Below are positions 8,295-17,905 of a DNA stretch of 64,000 nt, piece by piece; positions within the stretch are counted from its first letter, which is position 1; each line of letters begins with the position of its first letter. The notes under the pieces were generated by a model, which saw nothing but the letters and a program-made list of their open reading frames with translations, did not search any database and was not told the DNA's origin. Position numbers and translations under genes: made by a program. The stretch covers positions 3,168,001-3,232,000 of the forward strand of contig OY760937.1 of NCBI GenBank assembly GCA_963664225.1, read 5' to 3'. The DNA is from Verrucomicrobiia bacterium (GTDB taxonomy: Bacteria > Verrucomicrobiota > Verrucomicrobiia > Limisphaerales > UBA1319).

Positions 8295-11120
8295 ATGGCA
8301 ATGGACTATAAAAATTCGTTGAATTTGCCCAAGACGGACTTCCCCATGAAGGCCGATCTGGTGTCCCGGGAACCCCAGCGTCTGGAAAAGTGGGAGTCGG
8401 GCCAACTGTATGAAAAAATCCTGGCCCGGCGGGCGGCGGCCTCGCGGTTTATTTTGCATGACGGGCCGCCGTTCGCCAATGGGGATGTGCACATCGGCAC
8501 GGCGCTGAACAAGATTCTCAAGGATTTCATCATCAAGTACCACACGTTGCGCGGGCAGAACGCCCCCTATGTGCCGGGCTGGGATTGCCATGGGCTGCCC
8601 ATCGAATTCAAAGTGGTGCAGGAGCTTCGCAAAAAGGCCGGGGAAGCCGCCGCGGGGGCCGATGCCGCCACGATTCGCAAGGAATGCGCGGCGTATGCGC
8701 GCAAGTATATCGATTTGCAGCGGACGCAATTCAAGCGCCTGGGTGTGCTCGGGGATTGGGAGCATCCCTACCTGACGTTGGACCCCGCGTATGAAGCCGC
8801 GGAGCTGGGAATGTTCGCGGATATCGTGGACAAGGGCTTCGTTTACCGGGGCAAGAAACCGGTGTATTGGAGCATCCCGTGCCGCACCGCGCTGGCCGAG
8901 GCCGAGGTGGAATACCAGGACCATGTGAGCCAGAGCGTGTTTGTGAAATTCCCGGTGATCGGCCGGCCCAACACCTTTGTGGTGATCTGGACGACGACGC
9001 CGTGGACGCTGCCCGCGAACCTGGCCATCGCCTTTAATTCGACCCTGAGCTACACGATCGTGCATACCGGCGATGCGAGCTACATCGTCGCTGTGTCGCT
9101 TTTAAGTTCCGTGGCGGAGAAATGCGGCTGGGAGAATTACCAGATCATGCGCAGCCTCACCGGCGAGGAACTGGCGACCTATGTCTGCCAGCATCCGTTC
9201 TGCAACCGGCCCGCGCCGTTGCTGGCGGGAGACGCCTTCGTGGAGAGCACCACCGGTTCGGGCTTTGTGCATATCGCCCCGGGCCACGGTCTGGAGGATT
9301 ATCAACTGGGCCGTCAGAATGGCTTGCCCATCTACTCCCCGGTGGACGACAACGGCTGCCTGTGTTACACGCAAGACCTGCCCGTGGAGCAGCAGATGCC
9401 CGCGTCGCTGATCGGCAAAAGCATTCTGGAGAAGAATCACAAGAGCGATGCCAACGAGGCCGTTCTGGAGATCCTGCGCGAGGGCCAGATGCTTCTGCGC
9501 CAGGAGCCTTACACGCACAGCTACCCGCATTGCTGGCGGAGCAAGACCCCGGTGATCTTCCGCGCCATGGACCAATGGTTCATCCGCATCGACCATCAGG
9601 ATTTCCGCAACCAGGCCTTGAAGGCCATCGACCAGGTGAAATGGATTCCCGACTGGGGCAAGAGCCGCATCGAGGGGGCCGTGAAATCCCGCCCGGACTG
9701 GTGCATCTCGCGCCAGCGCTGCTGGGGCGTGCCAATCCCGGCCTTTTACGACGCCGAGCGCACTCCCATCCTGGACGCGCGCATCGTGCGCAACGCCGCC
9801 GCGTTATTCGAGAAATCCGGCTCCAATGTGTGGTTCGAGAAAACCGCGGAGGAATTATGGGCGCTGCTCCGGCCCGCGGATTGGAACGGTCCCGAGGCCA
9901 CCGCGAAATCGACCGACACGCTGGACGTGTGGATCGATTCCGGTTCCTCCTCGCGCAGCGTTTTGCAGAAGCGGCCTGAGCTGGCCCATCACCTGGCGGG
10001 TGTGGACGACTGGCAGGCGGATATCTACCTCGAGGGCAGCGACCAGCATCGCGGATGGTTCCAGTCCTCGCTGTTGCTCTCCCTCGCCGGGAATGGCGCG
10101 CCTCCCTATAAGACGGTGCTCACGCACGGGTTCATGGTGGATGCGGATCGCGAGAAAATTTCCAAGAGCAAGCAGGGCCAGGGCGGTTACGAGAAACCGC
10201 AGACCTCGGAGGCCTATGTCAAAAAATATGGCGCGGACGTGGTCCGGCTCTGGGTGGCCTCGCAGGATTATCGCAACGACATCATCGTGAGCGAGGAGCG
10301 CATCAGCAAGGTGGGCGAGACCTACCGCGTGATCCGGAACTCCCTGCGCTTCCAGCTCTCGAATCTCTTTGATTTCGATCCCGCGAAGCATCTGGTCGCG
10401 CCGGAGAAGATGACCGCGCTGGACCGCTGGATTCTGGACGCCTTTGCCGTGCTGGAGACGGAAATTGCCGCCGCCTACGAGGCGAGCGAGTTCCATGTGG
10501 TCTATCAGAAGATCAGCCAGTTCGTGGCGGTGGAGCTTTCCTCCGTCTATCACGATGTGGTGAAAGACCGCCTCTACACCGACGCGGCGAATTCGAACCG
10601 CCGGCGTTCCACGCAAACCGCCCTTTACTTGCTGGCGCGGGGCCTTTGCCAGGCGCTCTCGCCCATCCTGACCTTCACTGCGGACGAGGCCTGGGAATAT
10701 CTCCCCGGCGTTCAGCCAGGCGAATCGGTCCATGCCACGGATTGGACATTATTGGCGACCCGGCGTACTGAAGAGGAGCAGGAGACCTGGAAAAAGCTGA
10801 TGCACCTGCGGGACCTCGCGCTGCCGGAGCTGGAGAAGGCGCGCCAGGCCAAGCTCATCGGCAAATCGCTTGAGGCCAAAATAACGCTGACCGGACGGGC
10901 GGCCGAATTGCCCGCAGCGGATGCCGCAAAGGAAACGCTGCGCGAGTTGCTCAACGTGTCGCAACTGGAATTGATCCTGGACGAGGCGGACGTGGTCGTT
11001 TCCGTGGCGCGCTCCGGGGGTCAGAAGTGCGAGCGCTGCTGGCGCTGGGAATTGACGGTGGGCAGCCACACAGACCACCCGACCATCTGCGGGCGCTGTG
11101 TCGAGGCCGTGACGGCGTAA
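8295..11120 (+). CDS. ileS: Isoleucine--tRNA ligase (type 1)
   Basis: HDGPPFANGDVHIG, GWDCHGLP, WCISRQR, EGSDQHRGWF, KISKS, C-terminal CERC..CGRC zinc finger. Confidence 0.97.
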   Translation: MAMDYKNSLNLPKTDFPMKADLVSREPQRLEKWESGQLYEKILARRAAASRFILHDGPPFANGDVHIGTALNKILKDFIIKYHTLRGQNAPYVPGWDCHGLPIEFKVVQELRKKAGEAAAGADAATIRKECAAYARKYIDLQRTQFKRLGVLGDWEHPYLTLDPAYEAAELGMFADIVDKGFVYRGKKPVYWSIPCRTALAEAEVEYQDHVSQSVFVKFPVIGRPNTFVVIWTTTPWTLPANLAIAFNSTLSYTIVHTGDASYIVAVSLLSSVAEKCGWENYQIMRSLTGEELATYVCQHPFCNRPAPLLAGDAFVESTTGSGFVHIAPGHGLEDYQLGRQNGLPIYSPVDDNGCLCYTQDLPVEQQMPASLIGKSILEKNHKSDANEAVLEILREGQMLLRQEPYTHSYPHCWRSKTPVIFRAMDQWFIRIDHQDFRNQALKAIDQVKWIPDWGKSRIEGAVKSRPDWCISRQRCWGVPIPAFYDAERTPILDARIVRNAAALFEKSGSNVWFEKTAEELWALLRPADWNGPEATAKSTDTLDVWIDSGSSSRSVLQKRPELAHHLAGVDDWQADIYLEGSDQHRGWFQSSLLLSLAGNGAPPYKTVLTHGFMVDADREKISKSKQGQGGYEKPQTSEAYVKKYGADVVRLWVASQDYRNDIIVSEERISKVGETYRVIRNSLRFQLSNLFDFDPAKHLVAPEKMTALDRWILDAFAVLETEIAAAYEASEFHVVYQKISQFVAVELSSVYHDVVKDRLYTDAANSNRRRSTQTALYLLARGLCQALSPILTFTADEAWEYLPGVQPGESVHATDWTLLATRRTEEEQETWKKLMHLRDLALPELEKARQAKLIGKSLEAKITLTGRAAELPAADAAKETLRELLNVSQLELILDEADVVVSVARSGGQKCERCWRWELTVGSHTDHPTICGRCVEAVTA

Positions 11121-11148
11121 GGCCGCATTAACCATTTCCGTGTGTGAG

Positions 11149-11191
11149 ACCGGGGGACAGGTCCAGGAAAACCTGCTCCCCGGTTTTTTTT
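11149..11191 (+). terminator. ileS intrinsic terminator
   Basis: ACCGGGG..CCCCGGT stem plus T-run. Confidence 0.8.
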
Positions 11192-11289
11192 ATTTGAACC
11201 CGATCCCCGGTATGGGTCGCAGACGGGTCAGTGCGCGGGTGCGGGACAAAATTCTTCTGGGAGGATCTTTATGGAACCCCTGATACGGT

Positions 11290-11590
11290 TTCCACAGGTA
11301 ATCATCCGTTGGCGAGGAGAGCCCCGGGAAGCTCCCCGTAGCCAACGGTGAATAACTGTGCCGCCGCCAAAAAATCGAGCGGTGAAAAACTTTTGTCGCC
11401 GGGGTATAATGCTTCTGGCGGCATCGCCCCGGATGGATCACGGTCATACACCCCTTGTCTTAAGAAGACTGAGGAGAGTTTACCGGCCCGTCCGACGGCG
11501 CCTGTCAAAAAGTCTGAGAGAACTATTGCCCGCGAGGCTTCCTGTATCAGGTTGACTGACGACAGCGCTCCGATGCCCCGTAACGGAGGA
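11290..11590 (+). ncRNA. Putative bridge RNA region of IS110 #2 (bounds approximate)
   Basis: Non-coding hairpin-rich leader with segments matching donor and target flanks at 11471-11480, 11517-11523 and 11544-11551. Confidence 0.65.
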
Positions 11591-11593
11591 TCT

Positions 11594-12844
11594 ATGAAAT
11601 CATGGTTGGAGATATCCTGTTTTGCCGGATTGGATTGGGCCCGGGATCATCACGATGTGGTCATCGTCGATCGAGAGGGCAAGATCGTGGAACAGTTCCG
11701 CTTCGAGCATTCCCAGGAAGGCTGGGAGCAATGGCGGAAAAAGACGGCGCCCTTCGCCCCTTTGGCGGTGGCCATTGAGACGAGCTTCGGCACGGCTGTG
11801 GACCAGCTCCTGAGGGGGGAGGCAACGGTCTATCCGGTCAATCCCAAGAGCGCCCAGCGGTATCGGGATCGCAAGGTGCCCAGCGGCAGCAAGACCGATT
11901 TTCTGGATGCCTGGTCTCTGGCCGATGCCTTGCGGATCGACGGGCACGGTTGGAAAGCGCTGGTCCCAACGGACGCGCTGACCAGCCAGTTGCAGATGCT
12001 CTGCCGGGATGAGGTTCATCTCATCGGTCAGCGCACGCTGTTCGTAAATCAATTGCAACAAGCTCTCTTGGAATACTATCCGGCGGCCCTGGAGGCCTTT
12101 GAGGATTGGACCATGGCCTCGGCGTGGGATTTCATCATTGAGTTTCCAACGCCTCGTGCGCTGGTCAAAGCCGGCAAGCGACGGTGGGAAAAGTTCCTGC
12201 ACGTTCATAAGCTCTGGCGGCCGGAAACCGCTGAAAAACGGATGGGCATTTTTGCACGGGCCGATCAGTTTTGCGGCTCGGCGGCCCTGACGGCGGCCAA
12301 GGGCACCCTGGCGGTGAGCCTGGCCAAAATGTTACGCACGTTGCAGCAGCAACTGGATGTTTATCACGCGCAAATCCAGGCCTTGTTTGCACAGCACCCC
12401 GACCATGACTTGTTCGGTTCGCTGCCCGGAGCGGGCTCGTTTTTGGCTCCACGGCTGCTGGGAGAAATCGGCGGCGGGTCGGGCCGGTTTGAAAGCGCAC
12501 AGCATCTGCAGGGCATTGCGGGCACGGCTCCTGTGAGTTATCAATCGGGACAAATCGACAAGGTCCGCATCCGCCACCACTGCGACAAGTTCCTCCGCCA
12601 TGCCGTGCATCTGTGGAGCGATTGCAGTCGCAAGAAATGTCTTTGGGCACAGGTTTACTACCAGAAAAAACGGGAAGAGGGCAAAAGCCATGCCTGCGCC
12701 TTGCGATGTCTGGGCCAGCGGTGGCTCAAAATCATCTGGAAAATGCTCCAAACCCACGCGCCCTACGATCCGGAAATACATGCCAAAAACCAGCAGCTGC
12801 ATGGTTCGTGGGTGCTGAGTCTGCAGACCAAAACCGCCAGGTAA
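11594..12844 (+). CDS. IS110 transposase (long type, 416 aa)
   Basis: GLDWARDHHD, AIETS, SKTDFLDA, GTAPVSYQSG; GGAGGA RBS before ATG 11594. Confidence 0.92.
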   Translation: MKSWLEISCFAGLDWARDHHDVVIVDREGKIVEQFRFEHSQEGWEQWRKKTAPFAPLAVAIETSFGTAVDQLLRGEATVYPVNPKSAQRYRDRKVPSGSKTDFLDAWSLADALRIDGHGWKALVPTDALTSQLQMLCRDEVHLIGQRTLFVNQLQQALLEYYPAALEAFEDWTMASAWDFIIEFPTPRALVKAGKRRWEKFLHVHKLWRPETAEKRMGIFARADQFCGSAALTAAKGTLAVSLAKMLRTLQQQLDVYHAQIQALFAQHPDHDLFGSLPGAGSFLAPRLLGEIGGGSGRFESAQHLQGIAGTAPVSYQSGQIDKVRIRHHCDKFLRHAVHLWSDCSRKKCLWAQVYYQKKREEGKSHACALRCLGQRWLKIIWKMLQTHAPYDPEIHAKNQQLHGSWVLSLQTKTAR

Positions 12845-13142
12845 TATTGGTGAATAACTTTTATGAAAAACCATTTTACAACACAGAGAACAACTCTCCT
12901 CGGTCCTCTCCCCGTTCGTGCCTCACGGGGCGAGGAGGTGGAATGCGCGATTCGCAAGGTTTTGGCTTTTGGACGCATGGAAGCAGAAAAGATCGCTGAT
13001 GGCGCACAGCGGACTAACAGCCCTATATACTTCCATGTCGTTTTAAAGCCTTTTTCGGCATGCTGAAGAATTTTGTCGCGCGCCCTCAGTGCGCGCATTT
13101 AGAAAACACGGCTTGCACTTCAAATGAAGTCTGTTTCTATAG

Positions 13143-13700
13143 TTACTTCTCGTTTAAGTCTTTAATCATTTTCGCAAAATCTGTATTACAAAGTCTTTTC
13201 ATCGCAGGGTAACCTCCTTTAAAGAAAGGACAGAGCATGACTGTTAGCTCTTTATCAGTAAACAGGCCTTCTCTATCCGTGATGAATACCACCGCTGACA
13301 CCCATGCACAAAATGCACCACATCCCGGAGCAATTATTGAAATAGCCGTATTTACATCCGAATACTGATTATACTCGCACTTGAACAGTATAAGAGGCAA
13401 AGCGGTTTCGATTAAACACAGCCCCGCGATTATTCTCGTTGCAAATCGAAGCCAGGCGGTTGGATTAATATCCGGAGTGAAGGAGCAGGAGCCATCTTTG
13501 AAATAAAAACTGCAAATAATAAAGCACGCCATTGAAGGGACAAATAATATGCATAATATTTCATCGCTTAAATGACATACATTGGTTATTTGCAATATAT
13601 ACAATACTTGATTTAACAAAAAGCATACCACAGACACCAACGCAAGCATTCTGCGGAAATGTTTCAATATCATAAAGTTTGTTTGCTCCAAAAAGGTCAC
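13143..13700 (-). CDS. AT-rich hypothetical membrane protein (~4 TM)
   Basis: Hydrophobic ORF with markedly lower GC than its flanks; start uncertain. Confidence 0.5.
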   Translation of the reverse strand: MTFLEQTNFMILKHFRRMLALVSVVCFLLNQVLYILQITNVCHLSDEILCILFVPSMACFIICSFYFKDGSCSFTPDINPTAWLRFATRIIAGLCLIETALPLILFKCEYNQYSDVNTAISIIAPGCGAFCAWVSAVVFITDREGLFTDKELTVMLCPFFKGGYPAMKRLCNTDFAKMIKDLNEK

Positions 13701-14066
13701 CTATAAGATGCTTCGTCCTTGTTAAAGTGATGCGTTGGCTCTTGAGGAGTCACGGCCTTATTCCTTGGTTTCCATTCATTTCGCTATGTTCCCGAGGACC
13801 ACAGTTCTCGTCATGTTTCCCCCGAATGGCCACGTCCCTCCGGCCCATGACATGGCAAATCACTCCCGGATACCCGACTCTCAACTTGGGTGGCATGGCC
13901 ATATCCTGCCGGATTCACCCAAAAAATCAACAATGAGAGCGCCGAACCAAATCTGCCCCCGGTTTCTTTTGACTCAATGCTGGACGCGCCTTTTTTCGTC
14001 AAAAAGGGAGGGTGCGCTTGGCGCTTGCGGGACGGAGCGTCTCACGTCAACATGTGTGAATCGGAT

Positions 14067-15977
14067 ATGTTGACTATTTCGGATGTTACAAAGGCTTTTG
14101 GCGGGCGGACGTTGTTTGCAAATGCGACGGTGCAGGTGGATCGCGGGGACCGGATTGGACTGGTCGGGGCGAACGGCGCGGGCAAATCGACGCTGTTTTC
14201 GCTGATCCTGCGCGCGCAAACGCCTGATGAGGGCAAAATCATCCTGGAGCGGCGCGCCAATATCGGCTGGCTGCCCCAGGAGAGCGAGCCTGCGGGCCAG
14301 GAGACTGTGCTGCAATTGGCGATCGGCACCGGGGCGTCGATCATCGGATCGGACCAGGGGGAGGAAGAGGATGCCGAGGACGAAGGGCTGGCCTATCACG
14401 AGGAGATGGCGGCCGCGGAATTGGAGCCCAAGGCGAAAAAGATCCTGCGCGGATTGGGTTTTCGCGAGAAGGACTTTGACCGTCCGGCACGGGAGATGAG
14501 CGGCGGCTGGGTGATGCGGGCGCGGCTGGCGAATCTGCTGGTGCGCGGGCCCGATCTGCTGCTGCTGGACGAGCCGACCAACCATCTGGACCTCGACGCG
14601 CTGTTGTGGTTCCAAAGTTATTTGATCAATTACCCGGGGGCGATTCTGCTCATTTCCCACGATCGCGAGTTTCTCAACCAGATTGTCGGGTCGATCGTCG
14701 AAATTCATCAGGGCAAGCTCATGCGCTACCAGGGCAATTACGAAAGCTACCTGGAGCAACGCCAGGCGCGGCTGGAGCAAATGGAGGCGGCTTACAAAAA
14801 CCAGCAGCGCGAGATCAACCGGCTCATGGATTTTGTGAACCGGTTCCGCGCCAAGAACACCAAGGCCGCCCAGGCCCAGAGCAAGCTCAAGCAGATCGAG
14901 CGGATGGAAAAGCTCGCCGCGCCGGACGCCGATGAGCGCGAGTTCGAATTCCGGTTTCCGCAGCCGGAGCGCAGCGGGTTGAAGGCCATCAAGCTGGAGC
15001 ATGTGACCTTCTCCTACGGGACCACGCCGGTCTATACGGATTTGAATTTCGTGGCGGAACGCGGCGAACGGACCGTGCTGGTGGGGCCGAACGGCGCGGG
15101 CAAGTCCACCCTGCTCAAACTCCTGGCCGGTGTGCTGCCGGTTAATTCCGGTCTGCGCGAGCCGGGGTTCCGCGTGAAGGTCGGCTACTATTCGCAATAC
15201 CGCATCGAGATGCTGCATGCGGACCGGACCATTCTCGAGGAGGCCATGGACACGCCGCAGCGTGTGACGGAGACCTTTGTGCGCACGGTTCTGGGGTCGT
15301 TTGGTTTCTGCGGCGACGATGTGTTCAAGGAGGTGAAGGTGTTGAGCGGCGGGGAAAAAAGCCGGCTCGCGCTCGTCAAGTTCCTGCTCGATCCGCCCAA
15401 CCTCCTGCTGATGGACGAACCGACCACGCATTTGGACATGGACGGTGTGGAGGCGCTGATTTTTGCGCTCGCGAAATTTGAAGGCACGCTGATTTTCATC
15501 AGCCATGATGTCTTCTTCATTCGCGAGCTGGCCGATCATGTGGTGCATGTGAAGGATGGTGTCCTGCGGCATTTCACCGGCGGTTATGCCTACTACCTGG
15601 ACCGCATGGCGATGGAGGCGGCGGCGGCCGAACAGGCCCTGGCGGCACGGCAAAGCGTGCGCAAACCCGTGGTCGAAACCCCCACGGTTTCGTCGCGCGA
15701 GCAGCGTCGTCTGCTGGCACAACAGCAGGACGCGCGGGCGAAGGTCCGGCGCGAGCAGCGCAAGCATGTCCAGGAGCTCGAGAAGGAAATTCACCGGCTC
15801 GAAGATCTCACGGTGAAGCTGACCGCGGAGCTTGAAGACCCGGCGACCTACGAGAAAAAGGACGGACGTGCCGCCGCGGTCAATCGTGAGCTGGCGGGCA
15901 TCAGCGATCGAATGCCCCACCTCATGAAGGATTGGGAGGCGGCTGCCGAAAAGCTCCAAGTCATGGAAGCGGATTGA
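14067..15977 (+). CDS. ABC-F family ATPase (YheS/Uup-like)
   Basis: Two NBDs (GANGAGKST/MSGGW/LLLDEPTNHLD and GPNGAGKST/LSGGEK/DEPTTHLD), no TM segments, C-terminal coiled coil. Confidence 0.92.
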   Translation: MLTISDVTKAFGGRTLFANATVQVDRGDRIGLVGANGAGKSTLFSLILRAQTPDEGKIILERRANIGWLPQESEPAGQETVLQLAIGTGASIIGSDQGEEEDAEDEGLAYHEEMAAAELEPKAKKILRGLGFREKDFDRPAREMSGGWVMRARLANLLVRGPDLLLLDEPTNHLDLDALLWFQSYLINYPGAILLISHDREFLNQIVGSIVEIHQGKLMRYQGNYESYLEQRQARLEQMEAAYKNQQREINRLMDFVNRFRAKNTKAAQAQSKLKQIERMEKLAAPDADEREFEFRFPQPERSGLKAIKLEHVTFSYGTTPVYTDLNFVAERGERTVLVGPNGAGKSTLLKLLAGVLPVNSGLREPGFRVKVGYYSQYRIEMLHADRTILEEAMDTPQRVTETFVRTVLGSFGFCGDDVFKEVKVLSGGEKSRLALVKFLLDPPNLLLMDEPTTHLDMDGVEALIFALAKFEGTLIFISHDVFFIRELADHVVHVKDGVLRHFTGGYAYYLDRMAMEAAAAEQALAARQSVRKPVVETPTVSSREQRRLLAQQQDARAKVRREQRKHVQELEKEIHRLEDLTVKLTAELEDPATYEKKDGRAAAVNRELAGISDRMPHLMKDWEAAAEKLQVMEAD

Positions 15978-16070
15978 GAGTCCGCAGGTAAGGTGTTTAA
16001 TTCACATGGATGTGCAGGATGCACAGGATTGAGGAAAAACAGGACGTTTGCGTGAGCATCCATTTGTGAC

Positions 16071-16391
16071 GGGTGCATCACAATATTCTTCGGCAAGCGA
16101 AAAAGTCCTTAAAAAGGGCATGCGAGTATATACGAAACAAATATAGCAAGAGTTTCGGGAATGGCCGGGCGCCGATCGAGGGTCCGGCAAAAGTCAGATA
16201 TGAAAGGACGACCGCCCTCATCCCGGCCTTCTCCCCCAGGAGAAGGAGGAGTATTGCGAGCCCTGGGTTTATTGCACGGTTTGGAGGATGCCACCGCGCC
16301 GGACTACATGCCCCACACCGCCGACTGGCGTCCTGGCTGGGTTCATACGGTTTAGGCTTTTTACCAGCTTCCTGAATTTTGTCGTGCGTAC
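16071..16391. mobile_element. MITE (321 bp) with 9-bp TSD ATTTGTGAC and internal REP
   Basis: Degenerate TIRs GGGTGCATCACAATATTC / GAATTTTGTCGTGCGTAC; TSD at 16062-16070 and 16392-16400. Confidence 0.8.
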
Positions 16392-16457
16392 ATTTGTGAC
16401 ACGCACTGCGACACACACTTGCATTTGAATCTCCGCGCGCTAGGCTGTTTTGCAGCC

Positions 16458-16907
16458 ATGAACGAGGGAAAAATCCAGGCGGAGGATCGCCCCATGTTGA
16501 TCGCCATTTTCCAGCAGAACTGGGAAAACGTGCGGCACATCAAGAACGAGCGGCTGACCTTCGCCAATTTTTACGCCGTCATCAACGCGGGCGCGCTGTC
16601 CCTGCTCAACACCGTCAAGGGCCAGGGTCGGGCCGAGATTTTCCTGCTGCTGTTCCTCTGGTTTTTTTCGATGCTGGGCCTGTTGACGAGCCTGCGCCTG
16701 AAGGCCGAACTGGAGGAGTGCCTCGAGAATATCGACGCCCTGCTCATCACCACGGGATTGGAATCGTTCATGGCGATGGGAGTCACAAACAAGGAACGGA
16801 TGCGCTATCCCAAGTTCCGGTGGATGTTCCCCGCCTTCTACTCGTTCACCACAACCGCCTTTACGGCGCTCCTGCTCTACAATTTGTTCGCCGGGCGGCT
16901 GCCATAA
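16458..16907 (+). CDS. Small 3-TM hypothetical membrane protein
   Basis: Host-like codon usage; QQNWENVRHIKNER followed by hydrophobic helices. Confidence 0.7.
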   Translation: MNEGKIQAEDRPMLIAIFQQNWENVRHIKNERLTFANFYAVINAGALSLLNTVKGQGRAEIFLLLFLWFFSMLGLLTSLRLKAELEECLENIDALLITTGLESFMAMGVTNKERMRYPKFRWMFPAFYSFTTTAFTALLLYNLFAGRLP

Positions 16908-16942
16908 AAAAAGCGCGCGGAATTTTGGAAAATCCCGCGCGC
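16906..16942 (-). terminator. Terminator between convergent genes
   Basis: GCGCGCGG..CCGCGCGC stem with an A-run on the plus strand. Confidence 0.65.
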
Positions 16943-16987
16943 CCAGTAATGCAAAGATCGCCGTCAGCGGCCTGCAACTTCTCCGAT

Positions 16988-17866
16988 TTATTTCGCGTTC
17001 AGAAGCGTCTGGTAAAATTCAAAGGCTTCCTTGGGGGTGCGCTTGTCATGGACCACGGCGCGAATGGCCTTGAGCATGGCAATGGGGTTCCCGGCCTGGA
17101 AGACATTGCGTCCCATATCGACACCAGCAGCGCCCTGTTGGATGGCATTGTAGGCCATCACGAGCGCCTCGTTCTCGGGGAGTTTCTTGCCACCCGCCAC
17201 CACGATCGGCACCGGGCAGGAGGCAGCGACTAGGTCAAATCCAGTGTCGCAAAAATAGGTCTTCACGAAGGTCGCGCCGTTTTCAGCGCAAACACGGCTG
17301 GCCAGGGCCAGATAGCGCGAGTCGCGCACGAGTTCCTTGCCCACGGCGGTGACGCCCAGCGTCGGAATGCCGTATTTATTACCGAGGTCGGCCGTCTTGA
17401 CCATGTTCGAGATGGTTTTCGCCTCGAACTTGCTGCCCACAGCCACCATGACCGCCAGGGCCGAGGCGTTGACGCGAATGGCATCCTCGATATCGAGCAC
17501 GCATTCATCGTTGAGGTCGGTGAGCACGGTGGTTCCCGCCGAATAGCGCAGCGACACCGGCTTGGCGCAGGTGGGCGGCACGATGGAGCGCAGCGCGCCC
17601 CGGGTACACATGATGCAATCGGCATGCTCGATCAGCGGCGTGATCGTGAGGTCCATGCGCTCGAGTCCCGAGGTGGGCCCCATGATGTAGCCGTGGTCGA
17701 AGGCGAGCATCACGGTGTGGCCGGAGGCGGGATTAAAAATCCGGCTCAGGCGGTCTTTCATTCCCCAATCGACATGGTCGAGTCCCTTGAGGAAAAATCC
17801 GTGACGTTGAACAGGAATACCGATGCCGTAATCCGCGGCATCCTTGTTGGAATCATTATCTGCCAT
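16988..17866 (-). CDS. lsrF: LsrF-like thiolase/class I aldolase
   Basis: DWGMKDRLSRIFNPASGHTVMLAFDHG, VKTYFC, AGGKKLPE, GVDMGRNVFQ. Confidence 0.9.
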   Translation of the reverse strand: MADNDSNKDAADYGIGIPVQRHGFFLKGLDHVDWGMKDRLSRIFNPASGHTVMLAFDHGYIMGPTSGLERMDLTITPLIEHADCIMCTRGALRSIVPPTCAKPVSLRYSAGTTVLTDLNDECVLDIEDAIRVNASALAVMVAVGSKFEAKTISNMVKTADLGNKYGIPTLGVTAVGKELVRDSRYLALASRVCAENGATFVKTYFCDTGFDLVAASCPVPIVVAGGKKLPENEALVMAYNAIQQGAAGVDMGRNVFQAGNPIAMLKAIRAVVHDKRTPKEAFEFYQTLLNAK

Positions 17867-17905
17867 AAGTGGTTTATTTTAATTACTAATAATTGGTGCG
17901 ACGCT

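Larger units (their letters stand above)
11278..12891 (+). mobile_element. IS110-family element #2
   Basis: GAAC at both junctions (11274-11277 and 12888-12891). The reconstructed empty site GGATCTTTATGGAACAACTC resembles GGATCTTTGTCGAACAACTC near 46690. Confidence 0.82.
11237..13085. mobile_element. MITE with 21-bp TIRs and 9-bp TSD (TCAGTGCGC), carrying IS110 #2
   Basis: TIRs GGGTGCGGGACAAAATTCTTC / GAAGAATTTTGTCGCGCGCCC; TSD at 11228-11236 and 13086-13094. Confidence 0.85.

Noticed and set aside
11348..11593. 82-aa N-terminal extension of the IS110 #2 transposase
   Set aside because: An RBS precedes ATG 11594, and the region is better explained as the bridge-RNA leader.
13700..13960. Toxin C-terminal remnant upstream of the AT-rich orphan
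   Set aside because: No recognisable motif or convincing reading frame.
16988..17866. AI-2 quorum-sensing (lsr) operon
   Set aside because: No lsrA/B/C/D/K/G/R in the window.
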